Shown: positions 32,920 to 44,596 of the stretch, in pieces | Layout of the letters: each line of letters opens with the position of its first letter | Numbering within the stretch: position 1 is the first letter of the stretch | Source of the DNA: Candidatus Eiseniibacteriota bacterium | Lineage (GTDB): Bacteria; Eisenbacteria; RBG-16-71-46; CAVPCR01 | Direction: 5' to 3' | Length of the DNA stretch: 64,000 bases | Assembly: GCA_963823555.1 (NCBI GenBank) | Contig: CAWGMA010000004.1 | Coordinates: 576,001-640,000, forward strand | Translations under genes and position numbers: made by a program | The notes under the pieces: generated by a model | The model's input: only the letters and a program-made list of their open reading frames with translations | Told to the model about the DNA's origin: nothing | Databases searched by the model: none

Positions 32920-34285
32920 TGAGAAGAACGCGGGGTCGTTTCGCGATCCCAGCGGATTTCTCTTCACGCGCGACGGGGTCCTCCATCGCCAGGTCAATCA
33001 CAGGTATGCGCAGGAATATGACCGCCTGATGTCGGGCGGTCTCTATGCCGCTCTTGTCAGCGACAAGCTTCTCGTCGAGCATGAGGAGGCGGATCCCGGG
33101 TTCGCCCAGTCCGCCGAGGCCTACAAGATCATCCGTCCCGAGCGCATCGGGTTCATCTCGTATCCCTACGAGTGGTGCTTCAGCCAGCTCAAGGACGCCG
33201 CGCTCCTGACGCTTCGTATCCAGCGTCTGGCCCTCGAGCACGGGATGAGCCTCAAGGACGCGAGCGCCTACAACATCCAGTTCGCAGCCGGGCGGCCCAT
33301 CCTCATCGACACTCTCTCCTTCGAGACCTACGAGGAGGGGGCGCCCTGGGTGGCCTACCGCCAGTTCTGCCAGCATTTCCTGGCCCCGCTGGCGCTCACG
33401 AGCTTGACCGATGTCCGCCTGGGCCAGCTCATGCGCATCTACATCGATGGCATCAGCATGGATCTCGCCTCGGCGCTCTTGCCCATGCGCACGCGGTGGC
33501 GCGCCGGCCTCATGATGCACATCCATCTGCATGCGCGCAGTCAAGCTCGACACGCCGGCGACACGGCCGGTGTCAAGGGCCGCCGCCTGAGCCGCATGGC
33601 CCTGACCGGACTCCTGAATAGCCTCGAATCGACCGTCCGGAAGCTCGACTGGAAGCCCGTGGGTACCGAGTGGGGGGATTACTACTCCGCCACGAACTAC
33701 ACCGACGAAGCGCTCGAGCACAAGAAGGAGCTGGTGCGGTCGTTCATCGGCGAGGCTCGACCCGGCACGGTGTGGGACCTGGGGGCCAACCTGGGCCTCT
33801 TCAGCCGGCTCGCATCCGAGCAAGGCATCCCGACCGTGGCCTTCGACATCGATCCGGCCGCGGTCGAGAAGAGCTACCGCCGGGTGGTCGCCGATCGGGA
33901 GACCCACCTCCTGCCTCTCGTCCAGGATCTCACCAACCCGAGCGCCGGCATCGGCTGGGCCGGGGACGAGCGCGTCTCCCTGACCGCCCGCGGCCCGGCC
34001 GATCTCGTGATGGGCCTGGCCCTGATCCATCACCTGGCGATCTCCAACAATGTCCCCCTCGACATGGTGGCCGAGTACATGGCCCGGCTCGGGCGGAAGC
34101 TCGTGATCGAGTTCGTGCCCAAGGAGGACTCACAGGTGCGCCGGTTGCTGGCCACCCGCGAGGACGTGTTCCCGAATTACTCGCAAGCGGGGTTCGAGGA
34201 GGCCTTTGCCCGGTGGTGGACCCTCGATCGCAAGGAAGCGATTCCGCTCACCGAGCGCACCCTCTACCTGATGACGCGCAAGTAG
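32909..34285 (+). CDS. NoeA-like protein: N-terminal kinase-like region plus C-terminal class I SAM methyltransferase
   Basis: SFRDPSG, SYPYEW, LKDASAYNIQF, LIDTLSF; WDLGANLGLFS SAM motif; LALIHHLAI. Confidence 0.8.
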   Translation: MKADEKNAGSFRDPSGFLFTRDGVLHRQVNHRYAQEYDRLMSGGLYAALVSDKLLVEHEEADPGFAQSAEAYKIIRPERIGFISYPYEWCFSQLKDAALLTLRIQRLALEHGMSLKDASAYNIQFAAGRPILIDTLSFETYEEGAPWVAYRQFCQHFLAPLALTSLTDVRLGQLMRIYIDGISMDLASALLPMRTRWRAGLMMHIHLHARSQARHAGDTAGVKGRRLSRMALTGLLNSLESTVRKLDWKPVGTEWGDYYSATNYTDEALEHKKELVRSFIGEARPGTVWDLGANLGLFSRLASEQGIPTVAFDIDPAAVEKSYRRVVADRETHLLPLVQDLTNPSAGIGWAGDERVSLTARGPADLVMGLALIHHLAISNNVPLDMVAEYMARLGRKLVIEFVPKEDSQVRRLLATREDVFPNYSQAGFEEAFARWWTLDRKEAIPLTERTLYLMTRK

Positions 34286-34328
34286 CCGTGCCCCTGGAAT
34301 TGGCTCCGACTCCTTGAGGGGGACCCGC

Positions 34329-35960
34329 ATGGCATCCGAGTCGCGTTCGCGCCGCCGGAGCTGGGTGATCCACCCGCTCTCGTTCGCCCTGTTCCCCGTG
34401 CTCTCGCTCTACTCGAGCAACATCCACGAGACCCCGGCGGATCAGGTCGTCTTGCCGCTGGTGGTCGCGGCCGGGGTCACGCTCCTCGTCCAGGTCGCGG
34501 CCCGGCTTCTCCGAGGGAACAGCGACCGCACGGGGATCGTGCTCTCGGCCGCAGTCCTCATCTTCCTTCTCTACGGGCACATGCTACGTGTGGTCGAGGC
34601 CGTGCGACTTCCGGGGCCCGCGGTCGCGCTGGCGGTCACGACGACCTTGTTCTTCGTGGCGGTGGTGTGGCTGACGGCTCGTACCAGGAGAGACCTCGGC
34701 GCCGTGACCAAGCTCCTGAACGTGCTGAGCTTGAGTCTCCTGGTGGTGGCCCTGGTCCCGATCCTGCTCCATGCCGTGCAGACGATCGGCAAGCGCGACT
34801 ACTCGCGCTTGCCGGATCTCGATCCCGGGGTCCCCCTCGCGTCGATCGGGGCCGGGCCCAATCCGCCGGACGTCTACTATCTCGTCTTCGATCGCTTCGG
34901 GAGCGAGGGGAGCATCAAGGAGTTCTGCGGGCTCGATACGGCGCCCTTCTTCGCGGCGCTCCGCGAGCGCGGGTTCCATGTCATCGAGCATGCCCGCCCC
35001 AACTACCCGAAGACCTCCCACTCGTTGGCATCATCCATGAACATGGAGTACCTGACCTTCCTCGAAGAGGCCGGCATCACGCCGGCCACCGATTACGGCC
35101 CGCTCCACCAGATGATGCGGGGCGATTATCGCGTGGCGCGCTTCCTGCGCGGGCAGGGCTACCATTACTACCACGTCGGCTCGTGGTACTCGCCGACGGC
35201 GGGCAATCGATACGCCGAGAAGAACTTCCGCTTTCAGAAGCTCTCCGAGTTCGCCTCCATCCTCTACGAGAGCACGGTTCTGTACTCGCTCGTCGACCTC
35301 GTCACCCGCGTCGACGACCGCATGACGCAGTACCAGAGCATCGGCTATGTGTTCGAGCACCTCGCCGCCATGCCGGCGGAGCGCGGTCCCCGGTTCGTCT
35401 TCGCCCATGTCCTCCTGCCCCACACGCCCTACGTGATCGATGCCGACGGGTCCTTCCTGCCGCGCGCGGTCCGGGACGAGCGGTCCGACGAGGCCAACTA
35501 TGCGAACCAGGTCCGCTTCGCCAGCTCGGCCATTCTCGATCTGGTGGACACGCTCATCCGGGAGTCGGCGACGCCGCCGATCATCATCCTGCAGGCGGAC
35601 GAGGGGCCACACCCCATCCGCTACGTCGAGACCGAGGCGGGGAAACACGTCGAGCACCCGTTTTCCTGGCGCAACATCACCGATGCCGAGGTGAGGATCA
35701 AGTTCGGGATCCTCGGTGCGATCCACCTGCCGGGCGCCGATACCGGTGCCGACCTGCCCCCGGACCGGACCTCGGTCAACACCTTCCGGATCGTCTTCAA
35801 CCACGTCTTCGGAACTCGCTTTCCGATCCTGCCCGATGCCTGCTACACGCCGCTCGATTCCCGCCATCTCTACGAGTTCATCGACGTCACCGCGCGGACG
35901 GTGATGGACGGGCCCGGGATGGCGGGCGCACCCGACGCGACGGCGGCCGCCGCCGAGTGA
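34329..35960 (+). CDS. Membrane-anchored sulfatase/phosphotransferase-like protein (NoeB/LTA-synthase-like)
   Basis: About five N-terminal TM helices; [41 protein letters not shown] alkaline-phosphatase-superfamily motifs. Confidence 0.75.
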   Translation: MASESRSRRRSWVIHPLSFALFPVLSLYSSNIHETPADQVVLPLVVAAGVTLLVQVAARLLRGNSDRTGIVLSAAVLIFLLYGHMLRVVEAVRLPGPAVALAVTTTLFFVAVVWLTARTRRDLGAVTKLLNVLSLSLLVVALVPILLHAVQTIGKRDYSRLPDLDPGVPLASIGAGPNPPDVYYLVFDRFGSEGSIKEFCGLDTAPFFAALRERGFHVIEHARPNYPKTSHSLASSMNMEYLTFLEEAGITPATDYGPLHQMMRGDYRVARFLRGQGYHYYHVGSWYSPTAGNRYAEKNFRFQKLSEFASILYESTVLYSLVDLVTRVDDRMTQYQSIGYVFEHLAAMPAERGPRFVFAHVLLPHTPYVIDADGSFLPRAVRDERSDEANYANQVRFASSAILDLVDTLIRESATPPIIILQADEGPHPIRYVETEAGKHVEHPFSWRNITDAEVRIKFGILGAIHLPGADTGADLPPDRTSVNTFRIVFNHVFGTRFPILPDACYTPLDSRHLYEFIDVTARTVMDGPGMAGAPDATAAAAE

Positions 35961-35966
35961 TCGGCG

Positions 35967-37328
35967 TCACGACCCGAGCGCTTCGCCCCGGGTGCGAATG
36001 ACCTCCTGGTAGAAGCGTGCGCTCGACTTGGGCGTGCGCTCGAGCGTCGTGAAATCGACGTGCACGATGCCGAAGCGCTTGGTCGTGCCGGCGGCCCACT
36101 CGACAGTTGTCGAGGAGCGACCACGCGAAGTAGCCGCGGAGATCGACGCCCTGGCCGATCGCGGCCCGAGCGGCCGCGAGGTGCTCGCGCAGGTAGGCGA
36201 CGCGAAGCGGATCGTCGATGCGGGCCCTGGCCGTCGGGCGGATCGGGAAAGGCGGCGCCGTTCTCGGTGATGTAGAGCGGGACCGCCCCGTAGCGCTCCC
36301 TGATCCAGAGGAGGACCCCGGTGAGGGCTTCGGGCCAGACCTCCCAGCCCATCTCGGTGTAGAGGCTCCCGGGCTGGCGTACCTGGCGGGCGCGGACCGG
36401 GAGCGCCATCTCATCGTGCGCCGTGACCCCGCGCGTGTAGTAGTTGACACCCAGGAAGTCGATGGGCTCCCGGATCAGCGCGAAGTCCTCCGCGGCGAAG
36501 CGCGGCCACGCCTCAGCCGAAGATCTCCGCCATCTCCTCGGGATAGGATCCGAGGAAGACCGGATCGAGATACTGCCGGTTCATGTAGGCATCGGCGCGC
36601 CGGGTGGCGGCGAGATCGGCCGGCGAGTCGCTGGCTGGAACCTTGGGCTCGAGGTTGACGACGAGCCCGATCTCGCCGTGCGCCTCGGCGCGAAACGCCT
36701 GGACCGCAGCGCCGTGGGCCCGCAGGACGTTGTGGGTTGCGATCGGAGCTTCGCCGAGACTCTTGTGTCCGGGAGCGTGGACGCCGTGGACGTACCCGGC
36801 ATCGACGACGACCCAGGGCTCGTTGATCGTGGCCCACAGCTTCACGCGGTCGCCGAGGCGTCTGGACCACAGCCCGCGCGTAGTCGGCGAACCAGGAGGC
36901 GATATCCCGGTGGAGCCAGCCGCCAGCGTCGTCGAGCGCGGCCGGCAGGTCCCAGTGGTAGAGGGTGGCGCAGGGGCTGGATGCCGCTCTCGAGCAGCAG
37001 ATCGACGAGCCGCGAATAGAAGTCGAGACCCGCCGGGTTCGCCGGCCCGCGCCCGGTCGGGCAGGATGCGGCTCCAGGCCAGGCTGAAGCGATAGGTCTC
37101 GAGGCCGAGGTCGCGCATGAGGGCGACATCCTCGCGATAGCGGCGGTAGTGATCGCACGCGACGTCGCCGGTCTCGCCCCCGGCCATGCGCCCCGGCGTG
37201 TGCGCGAAGCGGTGCCAGATGCTCGGGCCGGCGCCGTCGGCGAGCGGCGAGCCCTCGATCTGGTAGGCGGAGGTCGCCGCGCCCCAGAGGAATCCCCGGG
37301 GAAAGCGCGTGGTGGGGGATGCGATCAT
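35967..37328 (-). CDS. GH1 beta-glucosidase; frameshifted
   Basis: [55 protein letters not shown]. Confidence 0.9.
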
Positions 37329-40300
37329 CGCGCCGCACTCGCCTTCGCGCCGAGGGTGAGCTCGACGCGATGCACGCCGCCGTCACGAGCCAGCGGGATC
37401 CGTGCCGTGCCGTCCGTGATCGGCACCGCCGCGCCGTCAGAAGTCGCGGCGACGAGATCCGTGCCCTCGGCGCGCGGGATTCTGCGCCGTGATCTCGTAG
37501 TGGGTGTCCTCCTCCGGCAAGCGGTAGTGGATCGTGAAGCGATCCCAGCTGGCAGGAACGCGTGGTGAGAGGACGAGCGTGCGGCCTCCTTCGATGCGGA
37601 AACCGAGGAGCGATTCGAGCGCGACGCGGATCATCCAGCCGGCGGACCCGGTGTACCAGGTCCAGCCCCCGCGCCCCGATGTGCGGCGGCGCGCCGTAGA
37701 TGTCGGCGGCGATGACGTAGGGCTCGATCTGGTAGGTCGCGACGCGCTCCTGGCGTGCCTGGTGGATCGGGTTCAGGAGATCGAGGAGCTGGGCTGCGCG
37801 CTCGTTGCGGCCGAGCTCGGCCAGGGCGCGCACCACCCAGAGCGCCGCGTGCGTGTACTGGCCGCCGTTCTCGCGCACTCCCGGCACGTATCCCTTGATG
37901 TAGCCTGGATCGTGCGGGTCGTCGGCGAAGGGCGGCGTGAGGAGCCGGACGAGCTCGTCGCGCTCCGAGATCAGGTGTTGCTCCACCGCGTCCATTGCCT
38001 GCGCCGCGCGCTCCGGGGGCGCCGCCCCGGAGATCACCGCCCAGGCCTGCGCCAGGGCATCGATCCGGCATTCGTCGCTCTCGTGCGAGCCGAGCGGTGT
38101 CCCGTCGTCGTAGTAGCCGCGACGGTACCACTCGCCGTCCCAGCCCAGTCGTTGAGGGCAAGGACCAGCTCGTCGCGGTAGGCGCGGTAGCGGCGGGCAC
38201 GCTCCTCGTCGCCACGTTCGGCGCAGATGGGAATGAAGTCACCGAGGAGAGCGACCTGGAAGAAGCCGAGCCACACGCTCTCTCCCCTCCCCTCGCGGCC
38301 CACGCGGTTCATGCCGTCGTTCCAGTCGCCGGTGCCGAACAGCGGCAGCCCGTGAGCGCCGCGGGTGAGGCCGCGGTCGAGAGCGCGGCAGCAGTGCTTG
38401 TAGAGGTCGGCCGATTCGCCGGCCGGCGTCGGCACCAGGAAGGCCTCGTCCTCGCCGGGAGCGAGCTCGCGCGCGGTGAGGAAGCGCACGTTCTCGTCGA
38501 GGATCGCCGCGTCGCCCGTCGTGGCGACGTAGTACGCGGTCAGGTAGGGCAGCCAGAGCAGATCGTCCGAGAACCGCGTGCGGATGCCCTTCGACAGCGG
38601 CGGATGCCACCAGTGGAGGACATCCCCGTCGGCGAACTGGTGAGCGGCGTGGAGGAGGATCTGGGCACGCGTGAGCGCCGGGAAGAAGGGGATGAGGGCT
38701 GCTGCGTCCTGCAGCTGATCGCGAAAGCCGAAGGCACCTCCCGACTGATAGAGCGCCGAGCGGCCCCAGAGCCGGCAGCTCAGGGTCTGGTAGGGGAGCC
38801 AGCCGTTCACCATGAGATCGAGCGCGGGAGATGGTGTGGTGACCTGGATCGCGCCGAGGCGGCGTTTCCAGAAGCTCCTGACCGTGGCGAGCGCCGCGAG
38901 GGCGGCGTCAGGACCGGAGTAGCGCGCAACGAGCGCACGCGCACCGTCCGGACTCGGTGCCTCGCCGCAGAGGAAGCTCAGCGTGATCTCGGTGCCCGGC
39001 GGCAGCTCGAGCGTGACCTGCTCGGCGAAGCAAGGATCCAGGCCAGCGCCGGTGTGCCCGTCGAGCGGCGCCGGAGCGCGGAGCGCAGCTGGACTGGACA
39101 GATGACCGTGGCGCCCGAGGAAGGACACGCGATCGCCGCTGAACCAATGCGCCGACGCGGCCGGGGCCGCCACCGCAGCAAATGCCACGCCATCGCCGAA
39201 TTCCGCGGCGAGCGGATTGGTGGCGAGGAGAACCGGAGGCTTGGCGTCGGCGGTCACCGTGATGAAGCGGCCCGTCTCTTCCGGCGTCGTGCCGAGGACG
39301 AGCCGGTAGTAGGCGAAGAGAGAGAGCGATCTGAGCTCGTCGCTCATGTTCCGGAGCCGGAGCATGGTGATCTTCACCGGGTCGGCGAGCGGCACGAACT
39401 GGGTCGCCTCCTGTTGGAGCCCGGCAGCGAGGAGCCTGCACGTCGAGTAGCCGAAGCCGTGCCGCATCTCGTAGGGGGTGACCTGTCCGCTGGCTGCTCC
39501 ATGGGGCGAAGGTCCGGGGAGAGGCGACCAGAACTCGCCCGTCGCCTCGTCGCGCACGTAGAAGGCCTCCTCGTGCGGGTCGAGCAGCGGGTCGTTGCAC
39601 CACGGGGTGAGGCGGTGCTCGCGGCTGTTCCGGCTCCATGTGGTTCCGGCCCCGGTCTCGCTCGCGAGGAAGCCGAAGCTGTCGTTGGCGATGACGTTGA
39701 TCCAGGGCCGCGGTGGAAGCTGGAGGCGATCGCGATCGGGAGTGAGTCGGATCACGTACTCCGTGCCGTCGGCGTTGAAACCGCCATGGTCGTTCTCGAA
39801 GCGGAGCGATTCCGCGGGATCCGGGGCATCGCCGGGTGGAGCAGGCGTGTTGGAGACCGGGCCCGCTCCGGCGCGCGGGGGCTCCATGGCGGCGGACTCG
39901 GGGTGCGGGGCACCGGCCCCGGTATTCCGTTCCAGCGGTGGACCGAGATCCGGGAAGGCGCGGCGCAACACGAGTCGCGCCGCGGCCGCGATGAGGTCGA
40001 GCTCCGGGGGAGTCAGATCGGTCACGCGCAGCACATGGAGGCGATCGTCTGATGGTTTGGACCGGGGAATCGGCGGCGAATCGGGGCCGGTGAGAATCAC
40101 GAGATCGATCTCGAGACCCAGGGCGCGCCAGTAGCCGCGGGCAGCCAGCACGGCGGGGAGAAGCGCCATGCCGTCCGCTTCCTCCGCATGAAGGAGAGCG
40201 ATCGTGCCCGCGATCGGGAGACCGTGATGGGCCAGCGTCGAGAGGTCACCCCGCGCCCTGGCCTGGACCGCCGGATCCGCTCGCAGGCCAGGGTGCCCGT

Positions 40301-41254
40301 AGAGCATGGCTCCGGCCAGGGCCTGCAGGTAGCTCGCCTCGACCTCTGTGATGCCGAATCGGCTCTGCAGGTCGCGCTCGTGCCCCTCGGCGTCGACGAA
40401 TGCAGCATCGACGTCCGCGGCACGCAGATAGCGGTGGCCGAGGGCCAGCGTTGCCGTGCGTCCGCTCCCGGTGCCGAGCAGAAAGGTCAACTGGGTGCGC
40501 GCTCCGGGACGGAGATCGACCGTGGTGCGCAGGCTCACGATCGGATCGATCACGTCACCGGTGCTCCCAGCGAGCGGAGCGCGCGATCTCATGGCAGCCG
40601 GGGATTCCAGGCTCGACCCGCGACCGATGAAGCGCGAGCGGTCGGTCTCGAACTCCACGTGGCCGCTGCCGGCGAGGGCATGGATCAGCCACGGATGGCG
40701 TTCTCCAGCGGCCCGCGCCCGGCGCTGGACGAGCACGGCCTGCGCCTCGGGCACGAATTCGGTCTGCAGGAAGAGCTTCGAGAACGCCGGATGCGCCCTG
40801 TAGGCGGCGGCCGCATGGAGCACCACCTCGGCGAAGGATGTGATCTCGATCCGGCGCGGCCGACCCGAACGGTTGTGGAGGGTCAAGCGGCGGAGCTCGA
40901 TGGTGGATTGGGGGGGACGCCGATCTCGAGGCCGATCTCCATCCCGTGGTCGCGGCGTGCGATCTCGAATCGGCCGGGCCTGCGCCGGGCTTCGTAGTGG
41001 GTCACCGCTCCCGGTACCGGCATTCGCCCCACGGACCAGAACGCTCCCGAGTCCCGATCGCGCAGATAGATGAAGAAACCATCGCCATCCGCCGTACGGT
41101 CCCCGCGCCAGTGGGTGAGGGCGTTTGGACCCGCCGCCGAGAAGCCGGTTCCCGCGTCCGTGATGAGCACGCGATAGCTTCCGTCGCCATTGGCCAGCAC
41201 ATGGGCCGGCGGCGTCGAGGCGTCCGCTGAATGGTGGGGAGAGCTCATGGGCAT
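37325..41254 (-). CDS. GH94 glycoside phosphorylase (NdvB-C/1,2-beta-oligoglucan phosphorylase-like); frameshifted
   Basis: AHPAFSKLF, PWINVIAN, GAFGFRDQLQD, GDWNDGMN, GESVWLG, RENGGQYTHAA; frameshifts at the G-run near 40910 and at about 38140-37400. Confidence 0.85.
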
Positions 41255-41367
41255 TCCTGGTCTTTCCTCCGCGCGCCGCCGCAGTCTGCGCCAAGAGGGA
41301 GTGGCGTTCAACCGCGGCCCGAGCGGACGCCGCCACCGGTGGCCCCGGGCCGATTCGCCCTCCTCCC

Positions 41368-41403
41368 TTGACAAGGCGGCGGATCCATGTAATCCTTTAC
41401 ATG
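41368..41403 (+). promoter_or_regulatory. Promoter with overlapping LacI-type operator palindrome
   Basis: TTGACA (41368)-N16-TAATCC; CATGTAA-TCCT-TTACATG at 41386-41403, between the divergent GH94 and lacI genes. Confidence 0.7.
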
Positions 41404-41454
41404 TCCAAGGAAACTTCCGTCTCCTAACCCGCCCCGGCGCCAGGGGTTGGTCAT

Positions 41455-42621
41455 TTGGCCAACATACACGATGTAGCCAGGGAGGCTGGCGTCTCGATCG
41501 CCACCGTCTCGCGCGCACTCAACGGAAGTCCGCTTGTCAGCAGGGAGACTTCCCGCCGCGTGCGCGACGCAGCCCTGCGCCTCGATTACTGGCCCAACCT
41601 CGCTGCTCGCAGCCTCCGCCAGAGCCGCACTCATGTCCTCGGGGTTCTGCTCCCCGACCTCTACGGTGACTTCTTCTCCGAGGTCATTCGCGGCATCGAC
41701 GACCAGGCTCGCCTGGACCGATTTCAGGTCCTGATCTCGAGCTCGCACGCCGAAAGCCAGGCCATCGACGCCGCGGCCCGGTCGCTGCGCGGGCGGGTCG
41801 ACGGGTTGATCGTGATGGCCCCGAGCGGAGAATCGACTCATACTCTCGATCGCATCGCGCACAAGGTGCCAGTCGTTCTCCTCAATGCCTCTTGTCCCGC
41901 CGGCAACTGCAGCGTGGTCTCGATCGCCAACTACCAGGGGGCGCAGGCCGCCGTCGGTCATCTGCTCGAGCTCGGGCACCGGGTCGTGGCCATGATCAAG
42001 GGGCCGCCCCGGAACGCGGACGCCGAGGAGCGGCTACGGGGCTTCCGGCAGGCGCTCGCGGGCTGCGGAATCCAGCCGTTGCCGGCGCTCGAATTCGCCG
42101 GGGACTTCACCGAGTATTCGGGCTATCGCGCTGCAGAGCCGATTCTTGCGGCCAGGCCCAGACCCACGGCGGTGTTTGCCGCCAATGACTACATGGCCAT
42201 CGGGTTCTTGAGCGCCCTTGGCGGGCGGGGCATCCGCGTGCCAGAGGACATGGCCCTGGTCGGGTTCGATGACATCGCCATGGCGCAGTACATCAGTCCG
42301 GCGCTGACGACCGTACACATCGATGCGCACGAACTGGGAGCGCGGGCGGTTCGACTCCTGATCTCGTCCGTGGGGTCGGATCTGGGCAACCTGCGCCGGA
42401 ACGAGGTGCTGCCGGCAACGCTCGTGGTACGGCAGTCTTCGGGGAGTCGCCGCAATGCTTCGACCATCGGCCCCGATGCCCGCGCAAGCGCCATGCAGAC
42501 AGGAGAGTCCACGTCGACCGCCGCCTTGACGCTCGATCCGGAGACGATGCCGGAACAGAGCGCCGGGCGCGCTTCAAACCAGCGTCCCAGCGCGGCTGGG
42601 CGCAGGAGGCCACCATCATGA
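41455..42621 (+). CDS. LacI-family transcriptional regulator
   Basis: NIHDVAREAGVSIATVSRALN, YWPNLAARSL, FAANDYMA, VGFDD, LTTV. Confidence 0.95.
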   Translation: MANIHDVAREAGVSIATVSRALNGSPLVSRETSRRVRDAALRLDYWPNLAARSLRQSRTHVLGVLLPDLYGDFFSEVIRGIDDQARLDRFQVLISSSHAESQAIDAAARSLRGRVDGLIVMAPSGESTHTLDRIAHKVPVVLLNASCPAGNCSVVSIANYQGAQAAVGHLLELGHRVVAMIKGPPRNADAEERLRGFRQALAGCGIQPLPALEFAGDFTEYSGYRAAEPILAARPRPTAVFAANDYMAIGFLSALGGRGIRVPEDMALVGFDDIAMAQYISPALTTVHIDAHELGARAVRLLISSVGSDLGNLRRNEVLPATLVVRQSSGSRRNASTIGPDARASAMQTGESTSTAALTLDPETMPEQSAGRASNQRPSAAGRRRPPS

Positions 42622-44505
42622 AGGCGGGAGCGATACTCATCGGCATCACAGGGACGATGCTCGTCTTCGCGGCAAGCGCTTTCGCGCAGGCCGACCGCGA
42701 GGATGTCATGTGGGCCCGTGTGGCGCCTTCCATCACACTCGACGGCTTCTTGAACGAGCCGGCATGGGCTCAGGCCGAGTCCGTGGTCATCCGCTTCGGC
42801 GTCGATAACGGCGTCCCCGGCAGCGGCTGGAAATACGAGGGCGGCAACATCCCGAACGATCCCACGCTGGCCACGCTCAAGCTCTTGACCGTCGCCGACT
42901 CGCTCTACCTGGGCGCCGTGGTGCGCGATGCCTCGATCGGCGGATCCAGGGACTTCAACCGTTTCGACGGCTTCCTGATGGCGCTCAAGGACCACCTGGC
43001 CCCGGATTCCCCCAAGCCGCCGGCCGAGTACTTCTATGCCTGGTGGTATGCCGAGGGCACCGATCCGCAGCCGGCGGGTCAGTCGCCGGCCTTCATCGGC
43101 CGCTGGGCCGAATGGCCGCCGGGGACCCCGCGCACGCCCGAGCAGATCGCAGAACTGGAACGCCGTGACCCGGGTGCGCGGGCTCTCGAATTCCGATGCG
43201 GTCCGGGACACGAGCTACACGGTCGAGATGAAGTTCGACTTGTCGTCCATGGGTTACGACGTGACGCGGCCCGCCGGAGACATCATCGAGTGGAACATCT
43301 CGATCTATGACTGTGACTGGTTCTGGCCGATCAATGCCCAGACCTTCGCGTCGAACCGCGTCTGGTGGCAGTCACCATGGGGCAACACGGGCTGGTACAA
43401 CGAGGTCCGGGTCTACTCGCGGCCGGATGTCACGGTGAGCTCGGGGCCGGTGCCGGAGATCGGGCCGGAGCTCGTGCTCGAGGAGGTTGCCGGCACCGTG
43501 CCCACGATCGACGGCTCTCTGACCGAGCCGATCTGGAACGACCCGGATGTCTACAGCTTCCGTATCAAGTGGGGCGATGACGCCCTCAGACAGACCTATC
43601 CGGCTGTCGGACCCTATCGCTCCGGGCAGTTCCAGCCGGAGGTGAACGGCGGGCAGGCGTTCATCGCCGATCCGGGGGATGCCACGGTCAAGGTCTTCTT
43701 CCAGAACGACACCATGTACTTCGGCTTCGATGTCAACGACCGTGTGGTCCAGTACCATCCGCTCATCGACCGCTGGGATGGATTCATCGTCACCTTGAAC
43801 GAACGGTTCACGCGCGGGCCCGACCAGAATCTCCTCGGTCAGCGCCTCTCGTTCCAGGTGGGAGAGACCGGGGACGCGATCGCGCAGGACTACCTCGGAA
43901 CCCTGGTCGCGGCGGGCAGGGCGGCGGTGGCGATCGACCTCAAGCCAGGGACCACCGTCGACACGCTGGGGACGACACCGGATGTCGGATACTGGGCCGA
44001 GATGTCCGTCGATCTGACCGCCTTGAGCTACCCCGCCGGGCTCTATGACGCCACCGCCTGGCTGGGAGTCAACCTGCTCGACGGCGACTCCTTCATTCCG
44101 ATCACCGACAGCTACGGCACGCGCACCTGGTGGTTCCGCGAGTACGAAGGCCAGTGCTGTCCGGTTTGGGTGTTCCTGAATCCGATCATCACGGGTGTGG
44201 ACGATCCGGGAGCCTCGCCACCGGCGGAGACCATGCTCGTCCGGAGCTACCCCAACCCATCACCCGATCTCAGGATCGAGTACAACCTGGCTCGCGAGAG
44301 TCAGGTGACGCTCGAGGTCTTCGATGTCCAGGGCCGGCTGGTCGAGCGCCGGGAGCTCGGGCGGCAGGCGCCGGGGCGCGGGGAGACGACCTTCAACGGA
44401 TCCGGAAAGACGAGCGGGCTCTACCTCTATCGCCTCCTGGTCCGCGATGCGGACACGGGAGGGCTCACGAGCACGCTCCACGGGAGAATGGTGGTTCTCA
44501 ACTAG
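42618..44505 (+). CDS. Secreted protein with two CBM9/DOMON-like domains and T9SS/FlgD-like C-terminal domain; frameshift near 43150
   Basis: Signal peptide; repeated ITLDGFLNEPAW / PTIDGSLTEPIW starts; YPNP...VFDVQGRLV...SGLYLYRL C-terminus. Confidence 0.7.
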
Positions 44506-44596
44506 GCGCTGGGAGGACGGCTCGGCGAGCCGGGTCGGATCGGGGCCGGGGGGCCCGGGTCCGGTCCGGCTCGTTGGGGCCGGGGAGGATGGATCC

